A stretch of DNA of 64,000 nucleotides from Phoronis australis (lineage: Eukaryota; Animalia; Phoronida), in NCBI GenBank assembly GCA_002633005.1, contig NMRA01000747.1, positions 1 to 64,000 on the forward strand, read 5' to 3'. A program made the position numbers and the translations under genes. The notes under the pieces were generated by a model that saw only the letters and a program-made list of their open reading frames with translations, was not told the DNA's origin and did no database searches. Shown piece by piece: positions 1-13,395 of this stretch (position 1 is its first letter; each line of letters begins with the position of its first letter).

Positions 1-3000
1 TATAACGTGAATCTGTTACGTTGTTATACAGTCTAATATGAAGTTTTGGTTAACCTGGAGTCAAAATTTAATGACTAAGTGGTTCTAATTTTCCTTCAGA
101 AAAGTTACTCTTCTTCAAAGGAAAGGAATGTGACTACGGTAATACACATTAATTTTAAATTTAAAATCTGCGTGACACAATCAGGGGTGCATTCAATAAT
201 GCAAGTCACGAACTCTCTAGTGACATAAACTCACGCAACTGTCTTGTGAACCATTAAGGATATCCTATTTAGGCCAATGCCATCTCATCATACAAGATAC
301 TAAGCATTACTGAGAGAGCCACAAGTCACAGTCATGTGACCAGATGCTGTGGTTGTCACATGACCACAAATTCCAAGCTTCCTCAGTCATTTCATTTCCA
401 CATTTCACTATTGTTAACACCAATTTATGGTTGTAAACCATGGTCAACCACTATTTATCTTTACTAAAATATAAACACATGGCCATAGGTCCAAAGTATA
501 ACAAAAACAAGACAGTACATTGTGGGTGCGTTACAGACTGGGTAGTAAATTGTAATGCTTGAGAGCACGGTGGACGAATTTTTGAAGCAGGGTATCCGGA
601 GTTCTCATAAGAGATTCAAATTTCGATGTTGTAAGAGAATGACAAAGACAATCGGTTACTTAACCTGAAGGTCTTGGTATGCACTGCAAACTATCACATA
701 TTCCAAAGTACATAACTTACAACCTAGTTTCATACGGAATATTTGTGTGGCGACCGCTTTCCACTAGTAATTACGAATGAGTTGAGGATCGCAATCGAAT
801 CAGAGACCAGAAAAAAACACGTGGGATACTAAATATTTCTAAATAATTTTCTAAACAATACTAATGTTTTAAACCTCATTAGTAAGACAGTTTTGCGTTA
901 CATTCGATATCAGATTGCTAGCCTTGCAAATAACAGTCACTGACACTCTGGGAAAAAACTTTCAAGAAATACGCTTGGTTCACCACACCCTGATTAATCC
1001 ATACATCTGAAAAACCAAAACTTGCCCAATTATAAGAAGATCTTCCGATCAGGTGTGACTGAAAAAGCATACCATATGCTGCCTTTACCCACGCTAAGTC
1101 GGCATCCAAAGTATTTTGAACCAATATTTTATACAGGAAACATAATATTTAGTAAACAATGAGAGTCGACCACATTCTCTCATAACTGCAGAGTTAGAAC
1201 AGCAACTGCCTATTCCTAAAGTACGTTTACAAAACTTGATATGTACATTTTCCAATGGTTCATATTCCTTGAAGCCCCATATCTCAGCGCCCTAACACAA
1301 AGAGGGATAAACCCTTTTATCAAACAGGTGAAAAGCTACTGACGTAGGTAGATCACAACATGTTCGCCTTAATTTACAAATTGCAGAGGCAGCTTTATTT
1401 GCTTGATAAGATAACGATTTTCAACTAAATGCAATGTATATGATTAAAGATATATACCATAGTTATCCCAAACAATTCTTTTGAGAAATTGCGGCATTAC
1501 TATCTTTCGTCAGCTTTGAGACTCAGTTGTAATGAACAGACGGCATTTCTAAAAGGACAGTTATTCAAAACTTTCTGTATCCACTTAAACCTTCTAGGAA
1601 ATTGAAGTACTTGGGAGAATTGAAACAAAAAGTCAAGTTATCAGTGAACTTCAGCACAACCCATTACACGACTTTCGCTGATAAGGGCAACAATACTCAA
1701 CATTAAGATTTGCGAATAATTTATACAATTAGATTTAGGTGCATGTCCACAGACAGATAAAACATTCATCAAGTCAATTCCACAAACACGTTTATGGGCT
1801 CATCCATCCCTTTAAATTTAGCACACAGTGCACATTATGTAAATTGGCCTTCTATGGATGTGCCAATTTTAAATGGCTGAAATACTGGTGACTGTTTCAG
1901 AGTTCTAAAACTGAGCTTTCTCATTACATGAATTTCACAACACACACATGGTCACATGAATTTGAAATTTACAGACATAACTTAAATGGCAAATTTCCAA
2001 AAAAATCTTAATACTGGAAGAACTCACAAAAACATCTAAGATTTCAGCTAATCTGGGTTAGTTGGCATTCATGGTCCTACGTGGTGGCCTTAAACACAGG
2101 GACAATTTCCAATTTGACATTTTCCACTGTTTTCTGTCCATCCTTCAACAAGAGAGGAGAAGAACAACTAAATGGTGAACCAACTAACTTATGGTGACCC
2201 TCAAATTCAATTTAATTTAGCACAGTATGGTTGAAAAAAGAAATTGTTTTGCCAAATGTCTTCACAAAAATAAAACATAAGAAAATTTTAGCCAATTACC
2301 AGCAGGACTTATACTGCGTGGACGTCAAAAAACAACTGGGAAAGTTTCCTGTATTTACTGCGAAGTAATCAGCCTTTGAAAACTTGGAATTTAGACAATT
2401 ATGTGAATGTTCAGTTTTGAAGCAGAAACTCGCTGTTCAGTTCACGTGTACACAGACAGGGCGCTTTGGATGACTTCCAATTACCAGCTGCTTAAAATGG
2501 GGAATGGATTTATAACCCAACATGTCGGGAATTATGTTGATTGAAAAAATCGTTTTTGGTATTAAACCGATAGATGTGGCAGCTTCCATCACGAAACTCT
2601 CAGGTCTACAAAGCTGACCCCAGTTCTCAGGCGAGTTGGTTATCTCGGTCACCCTTAAGTCACATGCCTGTACTGGGCTCACCCAGTCACCCAGATAGAT
2701 AACATACCTAGAGTTGTAACAATGTAAACTTGTCACTAATCTGTGGTGCCTGCACATGCAGTTTATATACAGTATGGTATATACACTAAATAGCCAAGCC
2801 AGGAGAAGAAATTATTAGCAATCTGCTGTCCGGTATGAAGGATAAAGCTAATATAGTGAGTGAATGCCTTTATTACGGGTACTAGAAAATTTTAATTTCC
2901 AAGTACCCATAATAAATATGATTATCATATTTACAGGTGATATCAGTATACCTGTAAACTCCATTGCATACAGAGAATTATTCCACACATGTTCCCTTCT

Positions 3001-3290
3001 TTGCTTATTGCATGGTCATATACCTAATAGGATTCACGGTCGCAAAATCTGCACCGATGCAGCCATGCCATTTACAAACTTATACCTTTCAAATGCTGCA
3101 AAGCCTTAAATAAATAATGTACCTAGTGACGTGTTACACAATGGCAGCTATGAACTGAAGGTGACATTGTATTTTATTAGTCATATTTCCGTGCCCCAGA
3201 TGATAGATATAAGGTACACAGCAAAGTAGCGCTATTTCTAACAAATCCTGTGAAAACCAATGGAGTTTCTGGAGCGTTCCTACAGATTAA

Positions 3291-3493
3291 CTAGTAAATA
3301 TATAAATAAAGAGAACATCCCAGGAACACTGGTAAAAGTGGAGTAAACGGGTCCCTCTTCAAAATGGCTGCAGAGAACCAGTTATCACTGAATAGCGGCA
3401 CCATCCGCTGTTCAGCGAAACTAGTTCCCGGTTAGCCATTTTGAAGACTCCGGGAGACTCATATACTCCATTTTCACCGGAACATTTTACTAG
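3291..3493. mobile_element. Palindromic MITE-like foldback element
   Basis: Nested inverted arms: ctagtaaa/tttactag, ggtaaaagtggagta/tactccattttcacc, cttcaaaatggct/agccattttgaag, ctgaatagcgg/ccgctgttcag. Confidence 0.6.
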
Positions 3494-4454
3494 CAACACC
3501 TGCGCCATATTACAAATCTTTCATGCATGTTGTTGGTTTGTTCACATATAGATAAGACCTGTTATGTAAATGGTTCTGGTTGAGCATCTCAGCAGGTGGT
3601 GTCACCAACACTGAACTGGTGACCCCTACATTAGTTAAGTAACTACTTGTCATATATTCACTGATAACTGCAAGCTGCAAGGACAGACCAAGGATTTAGG
3701 TCGGTCGGTCACTGCAACTGATACTCATTCCTTAGATACCGTTACCTAACAGGGAACTTAGTGGACAACCAGAGGGGTCAAAAACAAGTACAGTTAGTAA
3801 CAAAGGCCAGATTTTTAGATTTCAACCAATTCATGAAATGACCGTAAACCGCAGTGATTTGGACTACCTTCATAAAGTGAAATTGGTCTAAAATTGTTCC
3901 TTAGTCAAATTAGAGGTGATTTTTGAGCTTGAAGAGAAATGACATTTCTTGCCATAAGAGAAGCCTTTTTCAAAATGGATTGTCATGGCGTGGAGAGACA
4001 TCTTGCCCTGAGCATGATCTTGGACAATAATGAATGCTCACTTTTATAGCAGCAAGTAGTCTAAATCAAAATTTTGCAAACCAAACACATAGCACTGGTT
4101 TTGAGTCAACTGTTTTAAGCCTGATTTACATGATGGTATTTCACCAGAGTGTATATTTACTTATGGTTTGTATTTTTGCCAACACCGGATGAAAAGCTTC
4201 ACTTGGGGGGAGAGTATAATTACACCACCTCCAAAGGTCGTGTAAACGTAAATTTTCTCACATGCAAATATGCACCTGGTGTATGTGAACATGATTCAAA
4301 TTTACGCATGGGAGTAAAAGCAAGATCACTCCGCCAAAAGTGCCATTATGAAATTATTTCTGTGATCGCATTTCTTCTTAAAGCAACACCACTTCCTTAC
4401 CATCCATAAGATCCTCTGGTGTCATGTGTGTTTTAGTATGTTCTTTATCAAAAC

Positions 4455-4456
<2 letters not shown>

Positions 4457-4495
<39 letters not shown>

Positions 4496-4572
4496 TGCTG
4501 CTACTGCTACTAGTGCTGCTGCTGCTGCTGCTGCTGCTGCAGCTGCTGCTGCGGTGGCAGCAGCTACTGCCA
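4457..4572. repeat. (CTG)n trinucleotide microsatellite
   Basis: Long, slightly interrupted run of ctg units; it produces the spurious poly-Leu ORF at 4426-4626. Confidence 0.95.
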
Positions 4573-6044
4573 CTGAGTGAAACTTTCACTGACGACTTTT
4601 GTGTGCCTCGGTTTCACCATCTTTAAGATGTGCAACATGCATACTAATAACTTCATCCAACAAATCATAATCAAATCAGCTGTTTGGTTCAGTTTGCAAA
4701 CAAAATTTTTGTTCACTTTGATTGAACATTGAATTTACAAAACCCAGTGCATCATGAACGCAACTGAGACATGCCATGGATTTACGTACATCACTAATGA
4801 TATAACCAGTATCAATAATCACACATCAAAAATAATCGAATACTGGAATCATGTTGTTGAAACAAAAACTTCAAACAATATTTCAGACTCGATCATCAAT
4901 ACGCGAATTTCACCGATATCACCGCCGATTCGAGGAAATCCTGAATTTATCATTCGAGATAATTGCCTTTTGGTAATTTTGTAGAGCATGAGAACAAGAC
5001 AACACTTGTCTTTGTAACTCCCCAAGATTACCAACACTGTAATTACAAAATCCTGCACACAATCATTACGACTTGGAAGTTGGCTCCAACGGTGGATTGT
5101 TTTATTTGACCGTAACACGTTCGAGGAATACTTGTCAAAATGAGTAGACCTTACAGAAGGGCATCTGCCATTTGACAATTTTCAAGCCACCCTTAGTATT
5201 TGAAATTTTCAATATAATGGCATTTTTCCACAACTCTATCGATGCAATTTCTTAGTAAATCCACTCTTTTTGTCGTTTACGATGATCCTTTGGTGATCAA
5301 TACCTGAGGCTCAGAGCTGCCCAGGTTCAAGGCAATTGTTCTAGAAGAATCTCCTCTCCACTCACAAATGTTGCTCGAGTCAACTTCGCCACAAAATATA
5401 TAGAAAACTGAGCGCATAATTATATTGCTTTTCTTTCCCCCCACAAAAACGCAACATAAATTTGCACCTCCACCCGGGTAATGTTATGTTCTCCAACCAG
5501 GTGTAGATCTGCGTGTGGTAAATATTTACGTTCGGGTGTAAAAGTGCTACATTTAAACAGAGCTTTCCTGTGAAGGGGCACTTTTCATTTCCTTTAACAG
5601 TTTCCTTTTAACTATCCATTCCATTTTAGCCCCTATAATGTTAAAATCTCACCAAGTGAAATTCAATGTTCTTTCATGAACGATATTCAACATTGAACTA
5701 GTGCTTTACAAATAATGTATGTTTTGTACTGTAGATTCCAACAATGTTGAAAATCAAAAAAGGGAAATTTTGACAATTATTTTTTTACCAAAATCGGCAA
5801 GATTTTACACAAATTGTTAATACCTAGCTAAACAATGTTTTTGTTTCTGAGGAAATTACTAACTGAATGTTACAAGAACCAGTTTCGGGTCAAATTCCTT
5901 CAACAGGATTAAGGCCAAAAAGCATATTTGGCTCTGGTTTGTAAGCGTTTGTTTGGAAAACTGCGGGGTGATGTAGGATTTTTTCAAAAACAAGAATTTT
6001 CCCAGCATCAGTTCAAGCAATGCGAAAATGCTTTTTCTTACCGA

Positions 6045-6431
6045 GCTATGACTGTGAGCATACCAAGGTCAACAAGAAGTAACTGCCTAGATACAGAACC
6101 AAAGGTGGCCATGTGACGTGGAGTCCCCGCCAGTACCCCCGATGAAGGGCCCACGATGGGCCTGAAAGCTAGGTTCCAGGCTGCCATGAGTCTTTATTTC
6201 AGTACAAAATGCATTCGTCGGGCTTTTAAAAAAATTAANGCTGTGATGGTGCGCATACCAAGGTCAACCAGAAGTGACTGCCTATACAGAACCAAAGGTG
6301 GCCATGTGACACGGAGTCCCCGCCAGTACCCCCGATGAAGGGCCCACGATGGGCCTGAAAGCTAGGTTCCAGGCTGCCATGAGTCTTTATTTCAGTACAA
6401 AATGCATTCGTCGGGCTTTTAAAAAAATTAA
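6045..6431 (+). repeat. 193-bp direct duplication joined at a single N, each copy carrying a degenerate minimal hammerhead-ribozyme motif
   Basis: Units are about 6045-6238 and 6240-6431. The motif CCGATGA-A-GGGCCCA-cga-TGGGCCT-GAAAGCTAGG occurs at 6139-6173 and 6332-6366. Confidence 0.75.
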
Positions 6432-7987
6432 ATGGTTTGCAAAATGATGTGGGCATGTGCATTTCAAAGCAGTAATGTGCAGCCTCACAAAATGATGCGA
6501 GTGCCAACCAGAACCACGTGTGATTTTTTTGACCTTCGCATCCTTTTCATGTGACAAGGTCAAAATGCGTTATTTTCACTTACCACGCCTTTGTAGGTTG
6601 GAGGTATCAAGCCTGACCAGAGGGGGATGTAGGCACTGCACAGCAAAGCCTGGAACATATATATACAACAAACTCAGAGGAACAACATAGTCCACTGACT
6701 AGGTCCGCATATTCTCACAAGAGCGCCAGGGGTTTGTTTCATGTAAGTGAATTAAAATGCAAGACAGAAATCAGGGTACACTTCAATGATCGTTTTGCAG
6801 CAAGACAAACCTTGCCAAAATCACATGCTCTCATTGAAAATACAAGATTATATTGCAAGATCTCGTTTTCCTAGAAAGACGTTAGCACAGGCCTTTATCT
6901 AGCACACCCCTAGAACTAATCTGGATGCCCTGACAAGGATGCCCAATCTATCATTTGGACACCCACTATCAATAAGAATTTCACCAGTTTGAACACACAC
7001 ACATTGTAAGATCACTTGGGCTCTGAGTTAATGAAACTGATAGTTCAAGTGTGAATCAATACATCAGTATGGAACACCATGGGGACTTTACTGGAAATAC
7101 ACACTTACAAAGATTCTGCATTTTGAGAATCAGGTTTCTCTTCAGCGTAATGAGCATCAAACTGGTTTTCAAAATCCTGGACACCTGTACATGACTATGG
7201 TCCAGTATTCCTCTACGACTAAGTTTGCACATGTGCAGTACATGCTCATCTCCGAACGGAAATTGGAGGATACGAAAATACGTGAGGTATTCCTCCTGCA
7301 CTCATGCAACACAATGTACTTTACACTGATGTTGAAAATCAACATCTTTAAACTACAATATCCTGGAGTTAGATTTAGGGGAAGATGCACTCAATGAATT
7401 GCACTCTTTCCGTATTTAATTGTGAAACGTTAGTAATGTCTCACTCTTCAGATCATGAAGCAATAATTTTCCTCTCAATTTTAACTTGTCATAAAAATTC
7501 TCCAGTTAGGGGCCCAATAAGACGAGCGAAATTGTGGAATTTAAGACTGTCACATTTCCCAATAAAAATGACTTGTAAGAAATTTTTACTTTATAGTTAG
7601 GATGGTTGCCATAGTACAGCTGTCAACACAAAACATTTGACAAATTTTACGCAGCTGCAAATGTACAAAAAAATCTGACCAACCTCAGACAAATACAATT
7701 GGCAAACATGTCCTTCTTCATAATTCAAAGGCTTTATTTTCAAAAATTGCCTGATGGTAGGTACGAAAAAAGGCTTAATAATTTACATAGTGCTGCATAA
7801 CTAATGACAAAATGTGAAGACTAAATTTCGCTTGTTTGCCATATTGTGTCCTAAATGGGCAATATTTTGCAGTTACAATCTCTATAGAAATAGGAAAACA
7901 CTTAAACAATTTTAGTAATTACTTTGTTCAAAACTGGTGAATTCATACTACATGCTGACAACATTCTTCAAAGGTTCAAAAACATAC

Positions 7988-10900
7988 CTGTATTAGATCC
8001 TCTTTGGTGTCATATTGTGACACCACTACATTCTGTTTGTCCCAAACCCTCGTCATGGATATGTGCAGTCGGCCATTGCATAGTTCGTGAGCATTTTCCG
8101 GCAAGATATCTTCCAATCCGTCCTTCAGGATTTTCATTATGTTGAAACTAGGGTGAAATGGCCCGAGGGTTCTGGATCGTGCTTTTGTGGCAACACGCAA
8201 GACATAGCTGGTGCATTGCCCTGAAGGAAAAGAACTAGTGTTAAGACCTAGACATTATTTGAATATTTCAGTACAACTTTAATATAAGCCGTTATAAATA
8301 CAGCTCATGTGAACTTAGGGTTATGGTCCCTTTAGTTTGGCCATGTTCTGAGAACCAGTCCTCCTAAATAACAGTCATGTGTCTCTTCTTCAATCTAAAC
8401 TGCTTCCCTCAATTCCAGGGAACCCTAGAAAATTTCAATTCTGGCCAATTTCGAAAACTTGTATCTCTGAAATGGCTGTGCGGATTCAGATGAGGGACTA
8501 TAAAAAATAGAACTTGTATGAATTTTGTTTAAAAAATCTTTAATGTCGAACTTCCAGTCTAATTCCTTATATCAGTGATTGATTGGCCAAATTAGACTTT
8601 AGAAACACTACATATAGCGAAGATGTGAATATGAAGTAGGTTGAAAAATACGAACTGTTAAGAACAAGTTTTCTGCCGAAAATGATCCGTCGCAAATCAC
8701 TGAACCTTGTACAGTAAGTATTGTGACATGGTGTTGGGGAATAACACTACATGATGCAGGCTATGTGAGCCTGCGAGTTACATCATTTGTGCAAAGGTCA
8801 CCTATTTGCAGAATTTTTCACATTTACAAATTGTCAACGACGACAACTGCCAAGGATATTCCTGGACTGCGCTTTTGCGCCATTAATTAGCACATAAAAA
8901 GGCACACTTTTTATCATCAGGTGCGCCCAAAGGGCAGACGTTCAAACCTGGGGTCCGTTCCAAGAAACCGACTTAAGTTCATTTTTGACTTAAGTCTAAG
9001 ATTTGTCTTAACTTCCAATCTTTGAAACTTGCACACATCAGGTAAGTTCGTCAAAATTAAGACCAAACTTACGTCAAACATTTAAATCAAGCTTAAGATC
9101 ACTTTCTTGCAATGATTTTGAAACAAATTTATTAACTTTTATTTTGAAATTTAGTGAAATCTAAGAATTGTCTTAGCTAAGTCAGTTTTGTTGGAACGGG
9201 CTCCTGGTCAGGAATATTACTGTGAACATGACATGACTGTTCTTGTTTCGACTGTCTTTAGCTTGAGGGTTTGTTTCATATGTCACCCCTTTCATTACAC
9301 TACTATGTCTAGTGAGCACAACTTTTTGAAAAGACACACTTTTTATCATCAGATGCGTCCAAAGGTCACAAGTTCAAACCTGCACTTTTTTACCAGGGCT
9401 TTGGTTAAAATACCATTGTCGATTAGTTCTTGCTATACATTAGCATAGTTAGGAGCATGCAAATATGTCTTTAAAGCTGCGTAAAACCAAAATGTACAGT
9501 AACTTAGAAAACTGTAAGAGAATTTACAAAATTTTGTCTTAAACATTGGTATATCATATGAAAATTGTTTTGCTACGGATGCGCCTTTCCTTTTAGCTAA
9601 ATTTTCCTAAAAAACATGGTCACATGAGCTTATTAATGACAGACTGGTATAAATTTGCCAGTTCACTTCTACAGAATTTCTGCCTCCAGAAAATATATGC
9701 TTTTGCCAAGCTCAATTCTATCGTTTTGTAGATATGTGGCTAAATTTACAGATTAGTCAATAAGACGTTTTTATACAAGAAACAATTGTCACAGCGTGAC
9801 ATTTGCAAAATGGCTCCGCAGATGTTACTCACACAAAGACTGCTTGCATACAGCGAAAGCCTAAAACTTGTGGAAGACCAGCGGATCACCCCTATACATA
9901 TGCTATCTCGCAAGCGCAACAGAGATGGTCCCTTCTACCTTGTCCCAGTTTTTGTCTTAAGATGTGTAATTGAGACTGGAGCAACTGATCGAGTGCAAAT
10001 TGCTCTACCTCTCAAACCAATGTTAAATTGACCGCAACGATATCAGCTTGCTCTTGTCAGTTGTGTATTTGCACGTACTTGTGCCCGATCAGCTGTTCCA
10101 AGTCAGCTGCTGTGTTAACTGCACCTCGGACAAATGAGGCTCACGGTCCTATCTAGGACTAATAAGTGATAGATCGAAAGCAGATTTGATGTTGTTAAGA
10201 TGTATACACATGTCTTGTCTGATAAATTTTCTATTTCATTCCACAATTTGTATTTATTTTGTTATATAATTTCCCATTTCTCAACAAAATTCTATAAGAA
10301 CAGGAAAATGTTAACTTCAGCTATATTTAATCAATTTTTATAAAAACCGACCTCAGGGCCAACAAGACCGCACCTGTTTCAACTTGTGAAAAAGAGAAAC
10401 TTAAGCAACACCATTGCCACCAGTGACCACAGAGGGGGGGGCGAAATGTAAATTTGTCTTAACCATTCATCCCAACATGGGTTTGATAAAAATCTATCAG
10501 GCAAAATTTACAAATCAGTCATGGCAAACTATAGCTCACTCGGCATCGATTCTCTTTCTCATTTCACAATCTCATAACACCACTACTTGAACTAAGTATN
10601 GTCTGTATGCTGGCACTGAGTTTCACTGTGGACGACCTAACAACATGACATTTATTAAGTCTAAAGAAATCACAAAATTCCATAACATAAACAATAAAAA
10701 GTACAGAGGGAAAGGCTTTGAACAAAAACAGAACGGAAACAATCCATTTGGACGTTTGCCAACCCCATCCCCATGACCTACCCGAACATCACGAGAGAAG
10801 ACAAAGTCCTTAGAAGGCGAAGAACGAGAAATGGCAGCAGGCAAAAGCTTACTAATACATGAATTCATTCAGCGACAGACGTGTATGGTCCTAAATCTGT

Positions 10901-11094
10901 CCATATACCAAACTCTTACCTAAACAAACGTCTGTTATTAGACAACATGCCGCGATTGCGCCCGCACTAGCTCCAGAAATACGCCCGACCGTCAGGTGAG
11001 GGGCATATTCTTTGATGCAGCTGGCGACTCCTACATGGTAAATTCCAAGAAAGCCACACCCGGCAAACGAAAAGTTCAGAGAAGAGTTAGCCAT
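7988..11094 (-). CDS. PNPLA2: Patatin-like phospholipase (PNPLA2/ATGL/brummer-type), 5' part; remaining exons lie off the left end of the window or were not found
   Basis: Exon 11094-10920 encodes [26 protein letters not shown]...[14 protein letters not shown], with the patatin GxGxxG oxyanion motif and the GxSxG nucleophile. Exon 8220-7988 (233 nt) encodes [58 protein letters not shown]...TKEDLIQ. Junctions are GT-AG with compatible phases. An alternative in-frame ATG lies at 11115. Confidence 0.9.
8951..9203 (+). mobile_element. PIF/Harbinger-type MITE (~250 bp), family copy 1
   Basis: TIRs gggtccgttccaagaaaccgactta / taagtcagttttgttggaacgggctc, flanked by a 3-bp CTG/CTG TSD; three further copies occur in the window. 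Confidence 0.8.
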
Positions 11095-11239
11095 ATGCCC
11101 AGCATTCTCTCGCATTACATGGTGACCTCAAGTCATGGGGATGGCTGATCGTGAACTGACCTGAACGTCCTGAACCGTGTGTATTTACATTCACAAACGT
11201 CACCACACAATAAGAGAATATGTCAATCCATAAGGGGAT

Positions 11240-11332
11240 ATACGATTGGTCTATAAATTTCACCACATTCCTAATCCGACCAATTACATAGTCGAAAAGA
11301 CAAACCTCCGCCAAAAAAAAACCCGGATGTAG
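11240..11332 (-). promoter_or_regulatory. Candidate PNPLA2 proximal promoter (CCAAT boxes, ETS-like CCGGATGT)
   Basis: ATTGG near 11245, CCAAT near 11281 and CCGGATGT near 11323, about 150-230 bp upstream of the ATG. Motif match only. Confidence 0.3.
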
Positions 11333-11739
11333 TCCCTGAAGTCAGTTCATTCTTACAAGTGTGAGCAAGCTCATTGGGTGGAAATGCACCAGTTACCAGG
11401 TTTTGGAGTCAACCTTAGCAAGCCGATTTTAATTCACACTACTTGCAACTGTATTTTTCAAATACCTTAACTAAAATCACTTTTCGCTGTATGGAGCGGG
11501 ATCCCAGAGGTTTTTTGGGCATTTTCTTTGATACCACATTGTGCGCGGGCAAGGCTTGGAAATATGATGATCAATGGCAGGTGGTCGGGGGGGGGGGGGG
11601 GGGNNNNGGGGGGAGAATGGCACTCAAAAATTGACCTAGATCAACTTTTCTCGTAACCACTTAAAAATATCTGCGATGTCTACATCTAAATTCATTGTAT
11701 CAAAATTGGCAACCAGACGACCGTCCGACGAACTGAGGC

Positions 11740-12180
11740 CAAAACTGAACTCAGCTAGAACCTAAAAGGTAACCGCATGAAAATTGTTACAATTAAAACT
11801 ATTCAACATATGGGCCAATAATATCATGAATGAATACTGCCAGACAAATTCAGTGGTGCCGGGTTACCCTCGCCGAACGCCCAAAAATTTCAGTTGAGCT
11901 AGATCATCATACTCAATATCCGCATCATTCCACGCCTCGTAGCAGTTATGCCAGAAAATTTCGGTGGTGGGATGCCCCTACCATATAAAAATAACAGATA
12001 GGCCCTGGCCTCAACCCATTGAACTAGGTAACCGCATAAAATCCGTCGATTGCCCATTCAAAATAACCCCATGTATCATGTATCATGAATTACACTGCCA
12101 GACAAGTCCCGACAGTGGTGGGTTAACACCGCCAGACACGCCCAAACCTCGATAGTTGAGCTACTGTAGATCAATCCATC
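11740..12180. repeat. Diverged ~260-bp tandem repeat (two copies)
   Basis: Blocks ggtaaccgcat.aaa, tatcatgaat..actgccagacaa, cagtggtg..gggtta and cgcccaaa..agttgagcta recur about 260 bp apart. Confidence 0.6.
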
Positions 12181-12521
12181 GTGTAACTTGGGGCAATGTG
12201 TTCCACATATCCCAATCCACACGGTGACAACTACATGTATGTAACATGCCGCACAATTTTACATGTGGAATGCTTCTGGCGAACACTAGGTCAAAGCTCG
12301 CCGAAACAATTAACATATAAGGCGTGAAAATAGCACGACAAGTGCAGTCAGGGTGGACCCTATTATTTTCGAAGCCAAAACGGCTGGGCACTATGCTATA
12401 TATGTAAAAGGTGGAAATGTTGGTCCACAAATTTATAGATGTATGCATATGTACACATGCAAACAAGTTCACTAGTACGGCTGAAGTTGGCACGTCGGGG
12501 CAACTCGACAGGCTCTACTTA

Positions 12522-13014
12522 AAGGGACAACTGCCGAAAAACGGATTTTGTTTTTTTTTGTTGGACTGTTGCCCGTCCCGAACTCAAAGACACTGGCGGC
12601 AGATTTTACTAATGGGTAAGTTATCAGTACTGCTTTTCCGAGTCTTTTTTCAGGCCACGTCATGAAAAAATGAAACATTTGGAATTTGCGACATGCAAAA
12701 AAGGCAAAAATCGTCCGTGCTCCAAATTTCACAATTGAAAAAATTCAATTTTACTGCTCAGATTTTGGTCGGTGTCCCACATTTTGGAGACTATCCAAAA
12801 CAGAACTTATAGCATAGACTGAAACGTGTATTCTTTCAGTTACGCACCCTCTAAAACAGGACGTGTCGGAAAAAGCTTTTGTGGCGACGTAAACGTTTTT
12901 CAATTTCAAACAAAAACTATTGCCAAAATGACATTCTTCTTATTTTCAAAGGCTGAATTACGGTGTTAAAGATTGCCAAAAGTTTACCATGTGTTTTTTG
13001 ATGGCAGTTGTGCC
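12522..13014. mobile_element. Putative non-autonomous Kolobok-like TIR element
   Basis: Starts TTAA|AGGGACAACTGCC; an inverted ggcagttgtgcc lies at about 13003-13014. The right TSD is not conserved. Confidence 0.4.
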
Positions 13015-13221
13015 GTGGTAGTGATGCTAATTTTTCTTAAACTAGGTTTAGTTTAGCTGAGAACTTTGACAAAACAAATTTACCCAGCCTGATCAGAAAA
13101 TTCCAATGTAGTTCCAGAAGTTTTTGTCTTGTGGCGAAAGCAATTAGGTCCTTGTTTGCACTAAACAACAGGCAAGTTCTAATGTTAAAACAACTGGATA
13201 CAGAGGTATACAAACATATAC

Positions 13222-13394
13222 CTATGTATGTATGTATGTATGTATGTATGTATGAGTGTAGGTATGTATGTATGTATGTATGTATGTATGTACGTATGTA
13301 GGTACATATGTATGTATGTATGTACGTACGTATGTATGTAGGTATGTATGTACGTATGTATGTACGTATATATGCACGTATGTGCGTATGTATG
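13222..13394. repeat. (GTAT)n tetranucleotide microsatellite
   Basis: Interrupted gtat/gtac array. Confidence 0.95.
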
Positions 13395-13395
13395 A

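Noticed and set aside
4426-4626. Poly-Leu ORF (poly-Gln/Ala in other frames)
   Set aside because: Artefact of the (CTG)n microsatellite; no exon support.
1-7987. Further PNPLA2 exons
   Set aside because: No segment encoding the expected next patatin exon or the DGG motif was recognised; probably beyond the window.
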